Shown here: piece by piece, positions 8,707 through 18,669 of the stretch
Position numbering within the stretch: position 1 is the first letter of the stretch
Layout: every line of letters starts with the position of its first letter
Assembly (NCBI GenBank): GCA_041690595.1
Contig: JAWLHB010000062.1
Coordinates: 1 to 37,674, forward strand
Direction: 5' to 3'
Length of the DNA stretch: 37,674 nucleotides
DNA from: Lentisphaeria bacterium
GTDB lineage: Bacteria > Verrucomicrobiota > Lentisphaeria > JABSQK01 > JAWLHB01
Notes under the pieces: generated by a model
The model's input: only the letters and a program-made list of their open reading frames with translations
What the model was told of the DNA's origin: nothing
Database searches by the model: none
Position numbers and translations under genes: made by a program

Positions 8707-9873
8707 ATGAAGAGCGGAGTCTATCGTCGAATGGTTGGCGCGGCGGCTTTGGTGGCTGCGGTGGCGGGCATGGTGCTGGCGGTCGGTTGTGGTTCGGAGG
8801 CGGAAGAGGGAACCATCCGCATCGGCGTGATCGTTCCGCTGAGCGGCAACCTGTCGCCTCTTGGCAGTAGCACGCTGGAGGGGATCGAATATCGAGTCGA
8901 GCAGATCAATGCGGCCGGGGGCATCGACGGTCGGATGTTGACCCTGAAAGTGGAGGACAATCGGGGCGACCAGTCCCAGTCGATTTCCGCCTTCAAGAAG
9001 CTGACAGGGCTTGGGGGTGTCACGGCCGTGATCGGGCCGATCACCAGCACCAACGCTCTGGCTGTGGCCAATCCGGTAACGCAGGCGGGCGTGCCTACGG
9101 TTACGCCGACGGCGACCAACGATCAGGTCGCGCCGGCGAGTCCATTTCTCTTTCGAGCCTGCTTCAAGGATTCGTTTCAGGGTGAAGTCGTGGCGCAGTA
9201 TGCCCTGGGGCAGGGCATCACGAGCGCGGCGACCATGACGGAGTTGTCGAGCGACTACAGCATCGGGCTGGTGAGGAGCTTCATGCAGGCATTCCGGAAA
9301 GGGGGAGGCACGATCGCGGCGGAAGTGAGCTACCAGGAGAAGGATACGGAATTCGGTCCGCAGTTGTCGCAGATCAAGGAGAGCGGCGCGAAGCTGGTAT
9401 TCGTACCTGGTTATCCCGGGGAGGTGCCGCTGATCCTGAAGCAGGCAAAGGTCATGGGGCTCGCGGCGACCTTCTGTGGTGCGGACGGATGGGATCATCA
9501 GGATATCATCCAACAATCCGGCGATCAGATCGTCGGAGCCTTCTTCTCTGGCGCCTTTTCGCCGGAAGACCAGCGGGAAATCGTACAGAACTTCGTCACG
9601 GCAATGACGGCACGCACGGGCACCGAGCCAGGCTCCTTCGAAGCGCTCGGGGCGGACTCCGTGACGCTGATTGTCGAGGCAATCAAGGCGGCCGGTTCGA
9701 CGGAGGCAACGGCTGTGCGCGACGCCATGACCAGACTGGAGAAGGTGACAACCGTGACGGGGCCGATCACCATGACCGCCGACGGTGACGCGCGCAAGTC
9801 GGCGGTGGTGATGGGGGTGGTGAAGGCTGGAGACGGTTACGACAAGAAGTACCTTGCGACCATCCAACCCTGA
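8707..9873 (+). CDS. livK: Branched-chain amino acid ABC transporter substrate-binding lipoprotein (LivJ/LivK family)
   Basis: Lipobox LAVGC; IRIGVIVPLSG, INAAGGIDG, VIGPITS, FRACFKDSFQG and GADGW. SD GGAGGA at 8692-8697. Confidence 0.9.
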   Translation: MKSGVYRRMVGAAALVAAVAGMVLAVGCGSEAEEGTIRIGVIVPLSGNLSPLGSSTLEGIEYRVEQINAAGGIDGRMLTLKVEDNRGDQSQSISAFKKLTGLGGVTAVIGPITSTNALAVANPVTQAGVPTVTPTATNDQVAPASPFLFRACFKDSFQGEVVAQYALGQGITSAATMTELSSDYSIGLVRSFMQAFRKGGGTIAAEVSYQEKDTEFGPQLSQIKESGAKLVFVPGYPGEVPLILKQAKVMGLAATFCGADGWDHQDIIQQSGDQIVGAFFSGAFSPEDQREIVQNFVTAMTARTGTEPGSFEALGADSVTLIVEAIKAAGSTEATAVRDAMTRLEKVTTVTGPITMTADGDARKSAVVMGVVKAGDGYDKKYLATIQP

Positions 9874-9885
9874 CCGACGGAGCGC

Positions 9886-10812
9886 ATGGATCTCTTTCTG
9901 TACTATCTTGTGGAAGGGATCTGCAACGGGGCGGTCATCGCCCTGATTGCACTTGGCTATACGCTGGTCTATGGCATCATCAAGCTGATCAATTTTGCCC
10001 ATGGGGAGTTCTACATGGTTGGTGCCTACGCCGGTTTTGCCATGTATGCGGTGGTGCCGTCAAGCGTGCCGGTGTGGCTGACGATTCTGCTGTTGCTGCT
10101 GGTTGCCGGCATCGCGGGTGCGATCATTGCGATCATCACCGAGAGGATCGCGTACAAGCCGATCCGCGACAGCAGCCGGCTGGTGGCACTGCTCACCGCC
10201 ATCGGCGTCTCCTTCTTCCTGCAGAACCTCTTCAAGTTTGTCAACAGCGGCAACCGCCTGGCCTTCGGCGGCGCGGTGGCGGAGGTGACGCAGTTTTCCG
10301 TGCGGATCTTCGGGACGGGTTTCTACCTCAGCAAGTTCGTCTTCATCCTGGTGACGGTGCTGCTGATGGTCTGGCTGTGGTACCTGGTGGCAGCGACACG
10401 CTTCGGGCGGTCGATGCGAGCGGTCAGTCAGGATCTCGATGCGGCGCGGCTGATGGGGATCGACGTGGACAAGACGATCATGATGACCTTTGCGCTGGGC
10501 GGCTTCTTTGCCGGGGTGGCGGGGATGATGGTGGGGGCGATCAAACAGATCGATCCGATGATGGGCTTCATGCCCGGCCTGATTGCTTTCGTGGCGGCCG
10601 TGATCGGGGGCATCGGGTCGGTACCCGGGGCCGTGATCGGCGGCTTCCTGATCGGTATATTGCAGACGATGGTGGTCTGGCTGGGGCTGCGGCTGGGTTA
10701 TGCGGAGGCGGCAAACGCCTACAAGGAGGTCGCGGTCTTTCTGCTGCTGATCGTGGTGCTGGTGGTGCGCCCGCAGGGTATTCTGGGACGAGCCGAACGG
10801 ATCAAGGTGTAG
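9886..10812 (+). CDS. livH: Branched-chain amino acid ABC transporter permease
   Basis: ALIALGYTLVYGIIKLINFAHGE, TRFGRSMRAVSQD, FVAAVIGGIGS and RPQGILG. Confidence 0.95.
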   Translation: MDLFLYYLVEGICNGAVIALIALGYTLVYGIIKLINFAHGEFYMVGAYAGFAMYAVVPSSVPVWLTILLLLLVAGIAGAIIAIITERIAYKPIRDSSRLVALLTAIGVSFFLQNLFKFVNSGNRLAFGGAVAEVTQFSVRIFGTGFYLSKFVFILVTVLLMVWLWYLVAATRFGRSMRAVSQDLDAARLMGIDVDKTIMMTFALGGFFAGVAGMMVGAIKQIDPMMGFMPGLIAFVAAVIGGIGSVPGAVIGGFLIGILQTMVVWLGLRLGYAEAANAYKEVAVFLLLIVVLVVRPQGILGRAERIKV

Positions 10813-10819
10813 GCCAGGC

Positions 10820-11764
10820 ATGTCATATTATCTGGACATTCTGGGTAACATCGGGATCTTCATGATCCTGGCCATGTCGTTGAATGTGATCTGTGGCATG
10901 ACGGGGCTGCTGCAGCTTGGGCACGCCGGCTTCTTTGCCCTTGGCGCGTACAGTGCGGGGCTGGTTTCGATCTACTGGCAGTTGCCCGGGCTGGGGATGG
11001 TCAATTTCATTCCCGGTGCGCTGGCGGCGATGCTGGTCGCGTCGCTCTTCGCGGTGCTGATCGGGGTGCCGTGCCTTCGTCTGCGCGGTGACTATCTGGC
11101 GATAGCCACGCTGGGGTTCGGGGAGATTGTGCGGCTGTCGCTGCAGAACCTCTATTTTCCGGCGCCACCGGCTCTTCTCGAACGTGGAGTCGAGCGAATT
11201 GGCGGGGCGACCGGCATCAGCCTGCCGGTCAATGCCCAATACGGAAGCTGGTGGTTCATCTGGATCTTTGTCATCATCACCTACGTGCTTCTGGTGAATC
11301 TGAAGCGCTCGGCGATAGGTCGGGCTTTTCTGGCGATTCGCGAAGACGAAATCGCGGCGCGGGCGATGGGGGTCAATCTTCCCTACTACAAGAGCCTCTC
11401 CTTTGTGCTGAGCGCGGCCTTCGCGGGGCTGGCGGGAGCGCTCTATGCCCACAAGCAACTGACCCTTCATCCCGGAGATTTCGGGCTCCTGCGTACGATC
11501 GAGGTGCTGCTGATGGTGGTGCTGGGCGGACTCGGCTCATTCAGTGGCGCGGCGCTGGCGGCGCTTCTCCTGATCGGTACGCGCGAAGCTCTCGGGCAGA
11601 TCCCCTATATTGGCCCAAATCGCGAACTCTTCTTTGCGCTGCTGCTCATTCTGATGATTCGGTTCGTACCGAACGGCCTGTTCGGGCTCAAGGAGTTCGA
11701 TGGCGTGGCTCGGCAACTGGCGAGGCGGTTCAAGAGAGCGCGGGAGGACGAGCCCCATGGTTGA
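10820..11764 (+). CDS. livM: Branched-chain amino acid ABC transporter permease
   Basis: LGHAGFFALGAY, LRLRGDYLAIATLGFGEI, GRAFLAIREDEIAA and MVVLGGLGS. Confidence 0.95.
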   Translation: MSYYLDILGNIGIFMILAMSLNVICGMTGLLQLGHAGFFALGAYSAGLVSIYWQLPGLGMVNFIPGALAAMLVASLFAVLIGVPCLRLRGDYLAIATLGFGEIVRLSLQNLYFPAPPALLERGVERIGGATGISLPVNAQYGSWWFIWIFVIITYVLLVNLKRSAIGRAFLAIREDEIAARAMGVNLPYYKSLSFVLSAAFAGLAGALYAHKQLTLHPGDFGLLRTIEVLLMVVLGGLGSFSGAALAALLLIGTREALGQIPYIGPNRELFFALLLILMIRFVPNGLFGLKEFDGVARQLARRFKRAREDEPHG

Positions 11765-12587
11765 GCAGAGAGAAAGCGTCGATCGGGCAGTCAACGAGGT
11801 GCGGCATGAATTTGACCTGTTGCGGGTCGACGGGCTGTCGAAGTCTTTCGGCGGCGTACGGGCTGTGCAGCAGGTGTCGTTCAGCGTGAAGCGGGGCGAG
11901 ATAGTCGGGCTGATCGGGCCGAACGGAGCCGGCAAGACGACGGCCTTCAACATGATCACTGGCCTGGAGGTCGCGGATGCGGGAACCATCTACTTCGATC
12001 GCAGCTACATCACGGATCTCTCCGCCAACCAGATTGTTCGCCGCGGTCTGGCCCGTACCTTTCAGAATATTCGCCTGCTCGATGAGTTGAGCGTCCTCGA
12101 CAACGTGAAGATCGCCTACCATTATCATTTCCGGTACCGGATGATGGATGCGATGCTGCGATTGCCACGCTTTTTCCGTGAAGAGCGGGAGATCACCCGC
12201 AAGTCCATGCAGTTTCTACGGCTCTTTGACCTGGCCGACGTGGCCGACGAGGCCGCTGAATCGCTGCCCTACGGGAAGCGCCGCAAGCTGGAGATTGCCA
12301 GGGCGCTGGCCACCGAAGGGCAGCTCTTGCTGCTCGACGAGCCGGCGGCGGGAATGAATCCGCGGGAGACCGAGGAGCTGGTCGAGATGATCCGCCGCAT
12401 CAACCGGGAGTTTTCGGTCAGCATCCTGCTGATCGAACACGATATGCGGTTGGTGATGAGCCTATGCGGCCGGATCATTGTGATGGACCATGGCGCGGTG
12501 ATCGCCGAGGGGACTCCGGCGGAGATCCGCAATGACCCGCGGGTGATCGAAGCCTATCTGGGCGCGCGGCGGGAGGACGGAGCATGA
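11757..12587 (+). CDS. livG: Branched-chain amino acid ABC transporter ATP-binding protein
   Basis: GLIGPNGAGKTT, ARTFQNIRL, LPYG, LLLDEPAAGMN, IEHDM and VIEAYLG. Start at ATG 11757 after SD GGAGG. Confidence 0.95.
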   Translation: MVEQRESVDRAVNEVRHEFDLLRVDGLSKSFGGVRAVQQVSFSVKRGEIVGLIGPNGAGKTTAFNMITGLEVADAGTIYFDRSYITDLSANQIVRRGLARTFQNIRLLDELSVLDNVKIAYHYHFRYRMMDAMLRLPRFFREEREITRKSMQFLRLFDLADVADEAAESLPYGKRRKLEIARALATEGQLLLLDEPAAGMNPRETEELVEMIRRINREFSVSILLIEHDMRLVMSLCGRIIVMDHGAVIAEGTPAEIRNDPRVIEAYLGARREDGA

Positions 12588-13300
12588 GTTTGCTGGAGTT
12601 GCGGGATGTTGGCGTCGCCTATGGGGCCGTGAAGGCGTTGAAGGGGATTACACTTCAGGTGGAGGAGGGGGAGATTGTCGCGTTGCTGGGGGCGAACGGC
12701 GCCGGCAAGAGCACGACCCTGCGGGCCATCTCGCGGGTGGTGCGGTGCACCGCTGGCCATATCCTTTTCGACGGCAGGGAGTTGGGCCGGCTGAAGGCGC
12801 ATCAGGTGGTGGCGGCCGGGGTGGCCCATGCGCCGGAAGGACGGCGGATTTTCCCGGAACTGACCGTCGTCGAGAATCTGGATATGGGTGCCTACTGCGT
12901 GCGGGATCGGCAACGGTGTCGGGAGCTGCTGGAGCGGGTCTTTCATTTCTTTCCACGGCTTGCCGAACGCCGCAAGCAGAAGGGGGGTACCCTCTCCGGG
13001 GGAGAGCAGCAGATGCTGGCGGTGGGGCGCGCGCTTATGAGCGGCCCGAGGTTGCTCATGCTCGACGAGCCCAGCCTGGGGCTGGCGCCGCTCATCGTGG
13101 AGAAGATCTTCGCGATCATCCGCCAGATCAACGAGGAGGAAGGGGTAACCATCTTCCTGGTAGAGCAGAATGCCAATGAAGCCCTTCTGCACGCCAATCG
13201 CGCCTACATCATGGAGACCGGCACCATGTCGATGTCGGGCGATGCCAGAGATCTGCTACGCGATCCGCGGGTCAAAGCCGCCTATCTGGGCGGCCTCTGA
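12584..13300 (+). CDS. livF: Branched-chain amino acid ABC transporter ATP-binding protein
   Basis: GANGAGKST, PEGRRIF, LSGGEQQML, LDEPSLGLAP, LVEQNA and AYLGG. Confidence 0.95.
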   Translation: MSLLELRDVGVAYGAVKALKGITLQVEEGEIVALLGANGAGKSTTLRAISRVVRCTAGHILFDGRELGRLKAHQVVAAGVAHAPEGRRIFPELTVVENLDMGAYCVRDRQRCRELLERVFHFFPRLAERRKQKGGTLSGGEQQMLAVGRALMSGPRLLMLDEPSLGLAPLIVEKIFAIIRQINEEEGVTIFLVEQNANEALLHANRAYIMETGTMSMSGDARDLLRDPRVKAAYLGGL

Positions 13301-13349
13301 TCACTCCGCAAGGTGTTCGCCCCCTTCCAGTTTTTTTCCGCGGAGGGGC

Positions 13350-13378
13350 TTGATATGCATGGGGAAAACGCATAATCT
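13350..13378 (+). promoter_or_regulatory. Putative sigma70 promoter of glycan locus 1
   Basis: TTGATA (13350-13355), 17-nt spacer, TAATCT (13373-13378). Confidence 0.55.
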
Positions 13379-13397
13379 ATAACCGTATACTTTTATA
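13378..13397. promoter_or_regulatory. Palindromic operator, candidate site for the adjacent GntR/LacI regulator
   Basis: TATAAccGTATACttTTATA, 16 of 20 positions palindromic, with a GT..AC core as in GntR-type boxes. It lies between the -10 element and the SD AAGGAG. Confidence 0.65.
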
Positions 13398-13409
13398 AGG
13401 AGTGATGCG

Positions 13410-14468
13410 ATGTCGGTGAAGAAGTACATCCAGGCACAGCGGGATATCCTGGTCTATATCGTCAATCAGAACGTGCAGGTTGGTGACTGCCTGCCGGATG
13501 AAGCGTCGCTTTCGGCCCAGATTGGAGTCAGCAGCATTACGACGCGGCGGGCATTGAAGGAGCTTGCGGAGGCGGGGATCATCGAGCGCCAGCAAGGGAA
13601 AGGGACCTTCCTGCGCAAGCAGATCAGCCAGGGAAAGCCAAGCGCGATCTTCCTCTATGTGAAAGTGGTGGATGACGCGGGATCGTCCATCAGCTGGGAC
13701 AACGATCTTGCCGACGTGACGGCGCGCTATGGCTACCGCTTGAAAACGATCTCGTGTCAACGGGGTCGCTATGAGCCGCTTCTGGAGGAGTTGACGAATG
13801 TGGTCGGCATTCTCTTCAGTGGGCCGATTGACGCGGACTATGCCAAAGTGGTTCGCGCGACGAATCTGCCCTTCCTTGTCATCGGGGACGTGCTGGCATC
13901 GGATCTCCTGCCCAGCCTGCGGGCGTTGGTGATCGCCCACGACTGGCAGGGCGCGGGGCACGATCTGACCACGTACTTCATCGAACGGGGGGCGGAACGG
14001 ATCGCCTTGCTCAATGGTGGCCGGAGCTATGCGCCGGCGGTCCATCTGGCGCAAGGCTACCGAGCGGCGCTCGCGGCGGCGGGGCTGGAGGTACGTGAAG
14101 AGTGGATCTCCTGGTCGAAGCAAGGCTACTGGGGAATCCGAGTCAATGAGTTCTTCACCCGGAATGACTGGCACCAGTTCGATGCCGTGCTTGCCGAGCC
14201 CGGCGCTTTCCCTCACCTGCACACCTACATGCTCAGCCAGCCGGGCATGCTGGAGAAACTCCCGGTGGGTGTCTTTCGTCTGCAGAACGATTTTCATCCC
14301 GCCCATGCTGAGATGGTGCAACTGCATTTCGCTGGTACCCTCGCCTCGCGCAGCGTCGAGGCATTCGCCGATCTGACGGCCGGTCGCCTTCGGAACGCGT
14401 ATCAGCAGATCCTGATTCCTGTCCACAACATCACGGCAAGCAAGGGACTCAACGCATGCACGACCTGA
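13410..14468 (+). CDS. GntR-family wHTH regulator with LacI-type sugar-binding domain (AraR-like architecture)
   Basis: LPDEASLSAQIGVSSITTRRALKELAEAGIIERQQGKGTF. The C-terminal periplasmic-binding fold carries RGAERIALL and GYRAAL..AGL. Confidence 0.88.
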   Translation: MSVKKYIQAQRDILVYIVNQNVQVGDCLPDEASLSAQIGVSSITTRRALKELAEAGIIERQQGKGTFLRKQISQGKPSAIFLYVKVVDDAGSSISWDNDLADVTARYGYRLKTISCQRGRYEPLLEELTNVVGILFSGPIDADYAKVVRATNLPFLVIGDVLASDLLPSLRALVIAHDWQGAGHDLTTYFIERGAERIALLNGGRSYAPAVHLAQGYRAALAAAGLEVREEWISWSKQGYWGIRVNEFFTRNDWHQFDAVLAEPGAFPHLHTYMLSQPGMLEKLPVGVFRLQNDFHPAHAEMVQLHFAGTLASRSVEAFADLTAGRLRNAYQQILIPVHNITASKGLNACTT

Positions 14469-15607
14469 GTAAGCACCCGTACTTCGAGGCGTGGAGAGAC
14501 CCGCAAACCGGGGTTGTCAGTTACGTTCTGAGCCAACGCGTTGCCCCGGGGCAACAATCGTTTTATTTCACCAATTCCGCCGTTTCGGCGGACGAGCAGT
14601 GGCTCTGGTTCTACTGCATCTTCCCGCCGAACCGGGGTCGCACGCTGGGCGTCGTTTCGCTGGATCCCGGCAAGCCGCTGATCCGCCACTTTCCGCAGGC
14701 GGGTTTCACGAGTGCCTCGCCCATGGTGGCGCCGGAGGGCTCCGCCGTCTACTTCTGCATGGCCGGCAGCGTCTACAAGATGACAATCGACGGCACGGTA
14801 ACCGAGGTCTGCACGCTCAGCAAGGGAGATATTGGCTATCGTCACCTGGGTTGCCTGGCCACGCATCTGACCCTGTCGGCGGACGGCAAGTACCTGCTGC
14901 TCGATGGCGACCTGGGAAACACCTGGCGGGCAGCGCTGGGGAATATGGAGACCGGTGAGATCACCGTTCTGCGAAAGTTCACCACCTGCCACGATCATGC
15001 GCAGTTCTCGCCGATCGATCCGAAGCTGTTCCTGATCGCCAGAGATAATTGGAACGACAAGATCACTGGCGAACGCTTCATGCTGGATCACCGAATCTGG
15101 CTGATGGACGTAGAGCAAACCCGCTATGAGCCCCTCAGGCCCAAGGACTGGTATGCCCACAATTCCAGCACCACCCACGAATGGTGGTCGAAGGACGGCT
15201 TGGTCTGCTGGACCGACTACGAAAAAGGCACGTTCGAGTGCAATCCGTATACGTTGGAAGCAACTCGTGTCTGGCAGCGGACACTCTGCCATTCCCATTG
15301 CTCTTCGGACCGGCAGCTCTGGTGCGCTGACGAGAATCCTTACAAGTGGGCGACGGAACCGGTGCAGATTCTCTTCTACGACCGGCGCACGAAGAAAGAG
15401 ACGGCCATTGTCTCGGCGATGCCCCAGCCGCCCATGTTCCGCGACCTTTTCCGCCTGGATCCTCCCTACTGTTCGCGCGACATCTACCACCTCGACCCGC
15501 ACCCGCAATTTTCCCCCCAGGACAGCTGGGTGGTCTACACCAGCATGGTGCGCGGACAGATCGACGTGGCCTTAACCCCCGTTCAGCAACTGGTTACCCA
15601 GGCATAG
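14456..15607 (+). CDS. Oligogalacturonate lyase (Ogl/PL22)-like beta-propeller protein, cytoplasmic
   Basis: DPQTG..., FYFT....ADEQWLWF, HAQFSP.DP, THEWW, CHSH and PHPQFSP mirror the Ogl layout. No signal peptide. Confidence 0.7.
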   Translation: MHDLSKHPYFEAWRDPQTGVVSYVLSQRVAPGQQSFYFTNSAVSADEQWLWFYCIFPPNRGRTLGVVSLDPGKPLIRHFPQAGFTSASPMVAPEGSAVYFCMAGSVYKMTIDGTVTEVCTLSKGDIGYRHLGCLATHLTLSADGKYLLLDGDLGNTWRAALGNMETGEITVLRKFTTCHDHAQFSPIDPKLFLIARDNWNDKITGERFMLDHRIWLMDVEQTRYEPLRPKDWYAHNSSTTHEWWSKDGLVCWTDYEKGTFECNPYTLEATRVWQRTLCHSHCSSDRQLWCADENPYKWATEPVQILFYDRRTKKETAIVSAMPQPPMFRDLFRLDPPYCSRDIYHLDPHPQFSPQDSWVVYTSMVRGQIDVALTPVQQLVTQA

Positions 15608-15608
15608 C

Positions 15609-18600
15609 ATGGATCTGAGACCTTCACCAAGCTGGTTGGACCGAGTGGCCGTGCTCCTTTTTGCCTGCGGCCTCATGATCCCCGCGCTGGCGGCGCGTGA
15701 GGTGGCGATTGGAGAACTGCCAGTGGCGCCGCTGACGCGCTACCGGCTCACCTTCCGCGCCGAGACCCCACCCGCGTCCACGGCGCGCTGGGAGGTTCGG
15801 ATCACTACGGCCGAGGGGCTGCTGCCGTACGAGGGGCTTCTCAATGGAGCCTGGCAGCAGCTCACGGTCGGGCAGCGGTCATATTCGCACAGCTTCCTGA
15901 CCTCGCGCGATGGTGCAAAGCTGGCCCTGGTGGTGATCGGGGATGACGCTTTGCCCACCGTTGACGAGATGGCGCTGGAGCAGCTGGTCGACACGCGCAT
16001 GGTCATCAATGGCGACTTTGCCGCCGGCGCGGGCAACTTCTCCGGCTGGACGACGCGGAACCTGGCGGTGCTGGTGGCCAACGAGCAGGGGGAGTTGGAG
16101 TTGCGTTGCGCCCCCACAGGTTATGCGTTGACCGACCCGATACCGGTAGAGCCGGGAGCAACCTATCGCTTTACCGCCGGGTCGCAGCCCGGACGCGTCC
16201 TGATCTATGACTACGACCTTCTGCGCATCGACTGGATCGAGGAGCCAGCCACGACCAGAGAGCCGCTGTTTACCATGCCGACGGACGCCGCTTTTGTCCG
16301 CATCGAGTACTGCGACGGCCGCCCCCATCGCACGCCGGTGATCCGGAGCGTGGATATGGAACTGGTGGAGGCGGGGGCGAAGGTGGAGGATACGGTTTTT
16401 CCAGCTTATCCGGGCGAGATTGTGGTGGGTGGTTCGGCGGCCTTGCCCGAGGTGCGAGCGGCGCGCGAATTGCAGCATTGGATTCGGAAGATCAGCGGCA
16501 AGCGGATTCGCGTTCTGGCGCGACCTTCCGGGTTGGCAACCGCGCGCTTCTTCATTGGTCGACATTTCGCGGAGGAGCATTTCGCGGACGATCTTGCTCG
16601 CCTTGCCGGGAGCGACGGCTTTGCCATCCGTTCGAGAGGGGGCGATATCCATGTGTTTGGTGCTCGCCCGGCGGGTGCCCTCTTCGGCGCAATCCGCCTG
16701 TTGGAGATGAACTCGGACATCATCTGGGCGCGCCCCCGCAAAGCGTTCGGAACGGTCTATTCAGCCAACCCGGAGCTGGCCTTCGCGTCGACGGATGCCT
16801 TTGAACGCCCCGCCTTTGCCTACCGGATGCCCGGAACGCCTTACGCGCAGCGATCCGATGACGGCATCTGGCAGGGGCGCATGGGGATGAACACAGCGCC
16901 CTATTACTACAACGGCTTTCGGCGCGAGGAGATGGGCGGCGCCCATGTCTACGAGGGCAACTACATGGCCACCATCGCCGCCAATCCTGAGTTCGCCTAC
17001 GAGAAGTGTCGCCTGGAGCACCCCGAGTTCTTCGCGATGATCAACGGCAAGCGCGAAATACGTCCCCAAGGCTACATCTGCTACACAGCGCCGGGCATTG
17101 CCAAGGCGCTGGCGGACGGCCTTCGCACCATCATGGCGCAGGCCGAGGCCGAGGGACGTTCGCTGGAGCATCTGGCGATCCGCACCCGCGACGGCTGGGC
17201 CGTGTGTTCCTGCGAGAGCTGCATGGCCCCCATTCCCTTGCCGGACGGGACGCTGCTCAAACCAAAGTCTGAAACCTCCATGGGCGATCCGCTTTTCTTC
17301 TCCACGCGCATGACGCTCATGCTCAACGAGGTTGCCGCCGAGTTTGCCAAGAGCTACCCGGAACTGCCCATCACGGTTCCCGGCTACATTTACGCAGCGG
17401 AACCGCCGGCGATCCCGCATGCGCCTTCGCTCATCCCGATCTTCTGCGCCTATGACACCTGTTCGCTTCGTTTTCCCATTCTCGAAGGTCAGCATAACCA
17501 CGCCGGCAGCGGCACAATCTGGGCTGACCGCTTCCGCGAATACCTCCGCCGCAATGGTCAGGAAGGTCGCCGGCTCTCCATGTTCACCTACTACTATCCG
17601 GCCTCCTTTTCCACCGTTGCCACCAATGCCGGTGCGGATTTCAGTGCGCTGGTGGAGTCAGGCGGCGTCCATGGCGTGCATCTCGACGGCTTCACGCCGG
17701 ACATGGAGAACGACCGGCGGGCCGCGATGTACCAGCACATGTGGGACTACCAGGCCATCGAGCGCTGGATCATCGCACGGCTGCTCTGGGATCCCACCCT
17801 CGATCCCCAGGCGCTGCGTCGCGACTATATCACCCGCGCCTACGGCAAGGCCGCGCCCGAGATGTTGGCCTTCCATGAGATCATTCACCACGACTGGACC
17901 GATCCGGCCATTATCTTCGGACCCAGTTGTCATGCCACCAGCGCCTCGCTCTTCGAGACGTTGATCGTCAAGACCAATCGTGAAGCCAAACTGCGTGCCC
18001 TGCTGGTGGCGGCGATCGCCAAGGCCGACAACTCCAACTCCAGGGTCCTGCTCGAACGTACGCTCACTGCCTTTGACCGACTGGCCGACACGCTCAATCG
18101 CATCTATGTGCCACGTCTCGACCAAGCCACCGAGGAATGGCAACTCGCCGACTCCACCCTCTGGATGCAGGCGCTGAAACTGGGGGATTTCAAGCGGGTC
18201 ACCACCTGGGATGACCATGGGCAGGCTCCTGCTCTTCAGCCGACTCAGGTGGCGGTCATGCGAGATACAGAGCATCTCTACTTCCGCATCGAGGCGCGGC
18301 AGGCGGCCAGACAGGATCAAGTGGAGCTGGTGCTGCAGGCAAAACGTTTCGCGCCGATGCTCTACGCTTCCATGACCCGCGCCGGAAAGCGGTTGACCAT
18401 GCGCAACTTCCGTCCCACGGCGTTCCCAGCCCTGGATGCAACCGTGGAGGATGGCGACGATAGCTATACGGCGCTCTTCAAGGTGCCGCTTGCCATGATC
18501 GAGACGCTTGACACCTCCGGGAAGGAAATCCAGCTGTACGCCAAGTTCTGCCGTCTGGTTTCCACCGGAAACGACTGCGAGGAAAGCTCCCTGACTGGGC

Positions 18601-18668
18601 AGTCCATCACCATGACTCACTACATGAACTACTGGACGGCGCTCTCCATCGTGCCGGAGGACGATTAG
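15609..18668 (+). CDS. Secreted DUF4838-domain protein with two N-terminal CBM-like domains and a C-terminal CBM9-like domain
   Basis: Signal peptide; AARELQ.WIRKISG and GSDGFAI...GALFG (GH20/GH67 N-domain-like); HPEFFA, YICYT, DGWAVCSCESC, ARLLWDP and YGKAAPEM; TQVAVMRD.EHLYF. Confidence 0.8.
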   Translation: MDLRPSPSWLDRVAVLLFACGLMIPALAAREVAIGELPVAPLTRYRLTFRAETPPASTARWEVRITTAEGLLPYEGLLNGAWQQLTVGQRSYSHSFLTSRDGAKLALVVIGDDALPTVDEMALEQLVDTRMVINGDFAAGAGNFSGWTTRNLAVLVANEQGELELRCAPTGYALTDPIPVEPGATYRFTAGSQPGRVLIYDYDLLRIDWIEEPATTREPLFTMPTDAAFVRIEYCDGRPHRTPVIRSVDMELVEAGAKVEDTVFPAYPGEIVVGGSAALPEVRAARELQHWIRKISGKRIRVLARPSGLATARFFIGRHFAEEHFADDLARLAGSDGFAIRSRGGDIHVFGARPAGALFGAIRLLEMNSDIIWARPRKAFGTVYSANPELAFASTDAFERPAFAYRMPGTPYAQRSDDGIWQGRMGMNTAPYYYNGFRREEMGGAHVYEGNYMATIAANPEFAYEKCRLEHPEFFAMINGKREIRPQGYICYTAPGIAKALADGLRTIMAQAEAEGRSLEHLAIRTRDGWAVCSCESCMAPIPLPDGTLLKPKSETSMGDPLFFSTRMTLMLNEVAAEFAKSYPELPITVPGYIYAAEPPAIPHAPSLIPIFCAYDTCSLRFPILEGQHNHAGSGTIWADRFREYLRRNGQEGRRLSMFTYYYPASFSTVATNAGADFSALVESGGVHGVHLDGFTPDMENDRRAAMYQHMWDYQAIERWIIARLLWDPTLDPQALRRDYITRAYGKAAPEMLAFHEIIHHDWTDPAIIFGPSCHATSASLFETLIVKTNREAKLRALLVAAIAKADNSNSRVLLERTLTAFDRLADTLNRIYVPRLDQATEEWQLADSTLWMQALKLGDFKRVTTWDDHGQAPALQPTQVAVMRDTEHLYFRIEARQAARQDQVELVLQAKRFAPMLYASMTRAGKRLTMRNFRPTAFPALDATVEDGDDSYTALFKVPLAMIETLDTSGKEIQLYAKFCRLVSTGNDCEESSLTGQSITMTHYMNYWTALSIVPEDD

Positions 18669-18669
18669 C

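Noticed and set aside
13321..13348. Intrinsic terminator after livF
   Set aside because: The CCCCTTCC/GGAGGGG stem is weak and the T-run lies inside the loop rather than after the stem.
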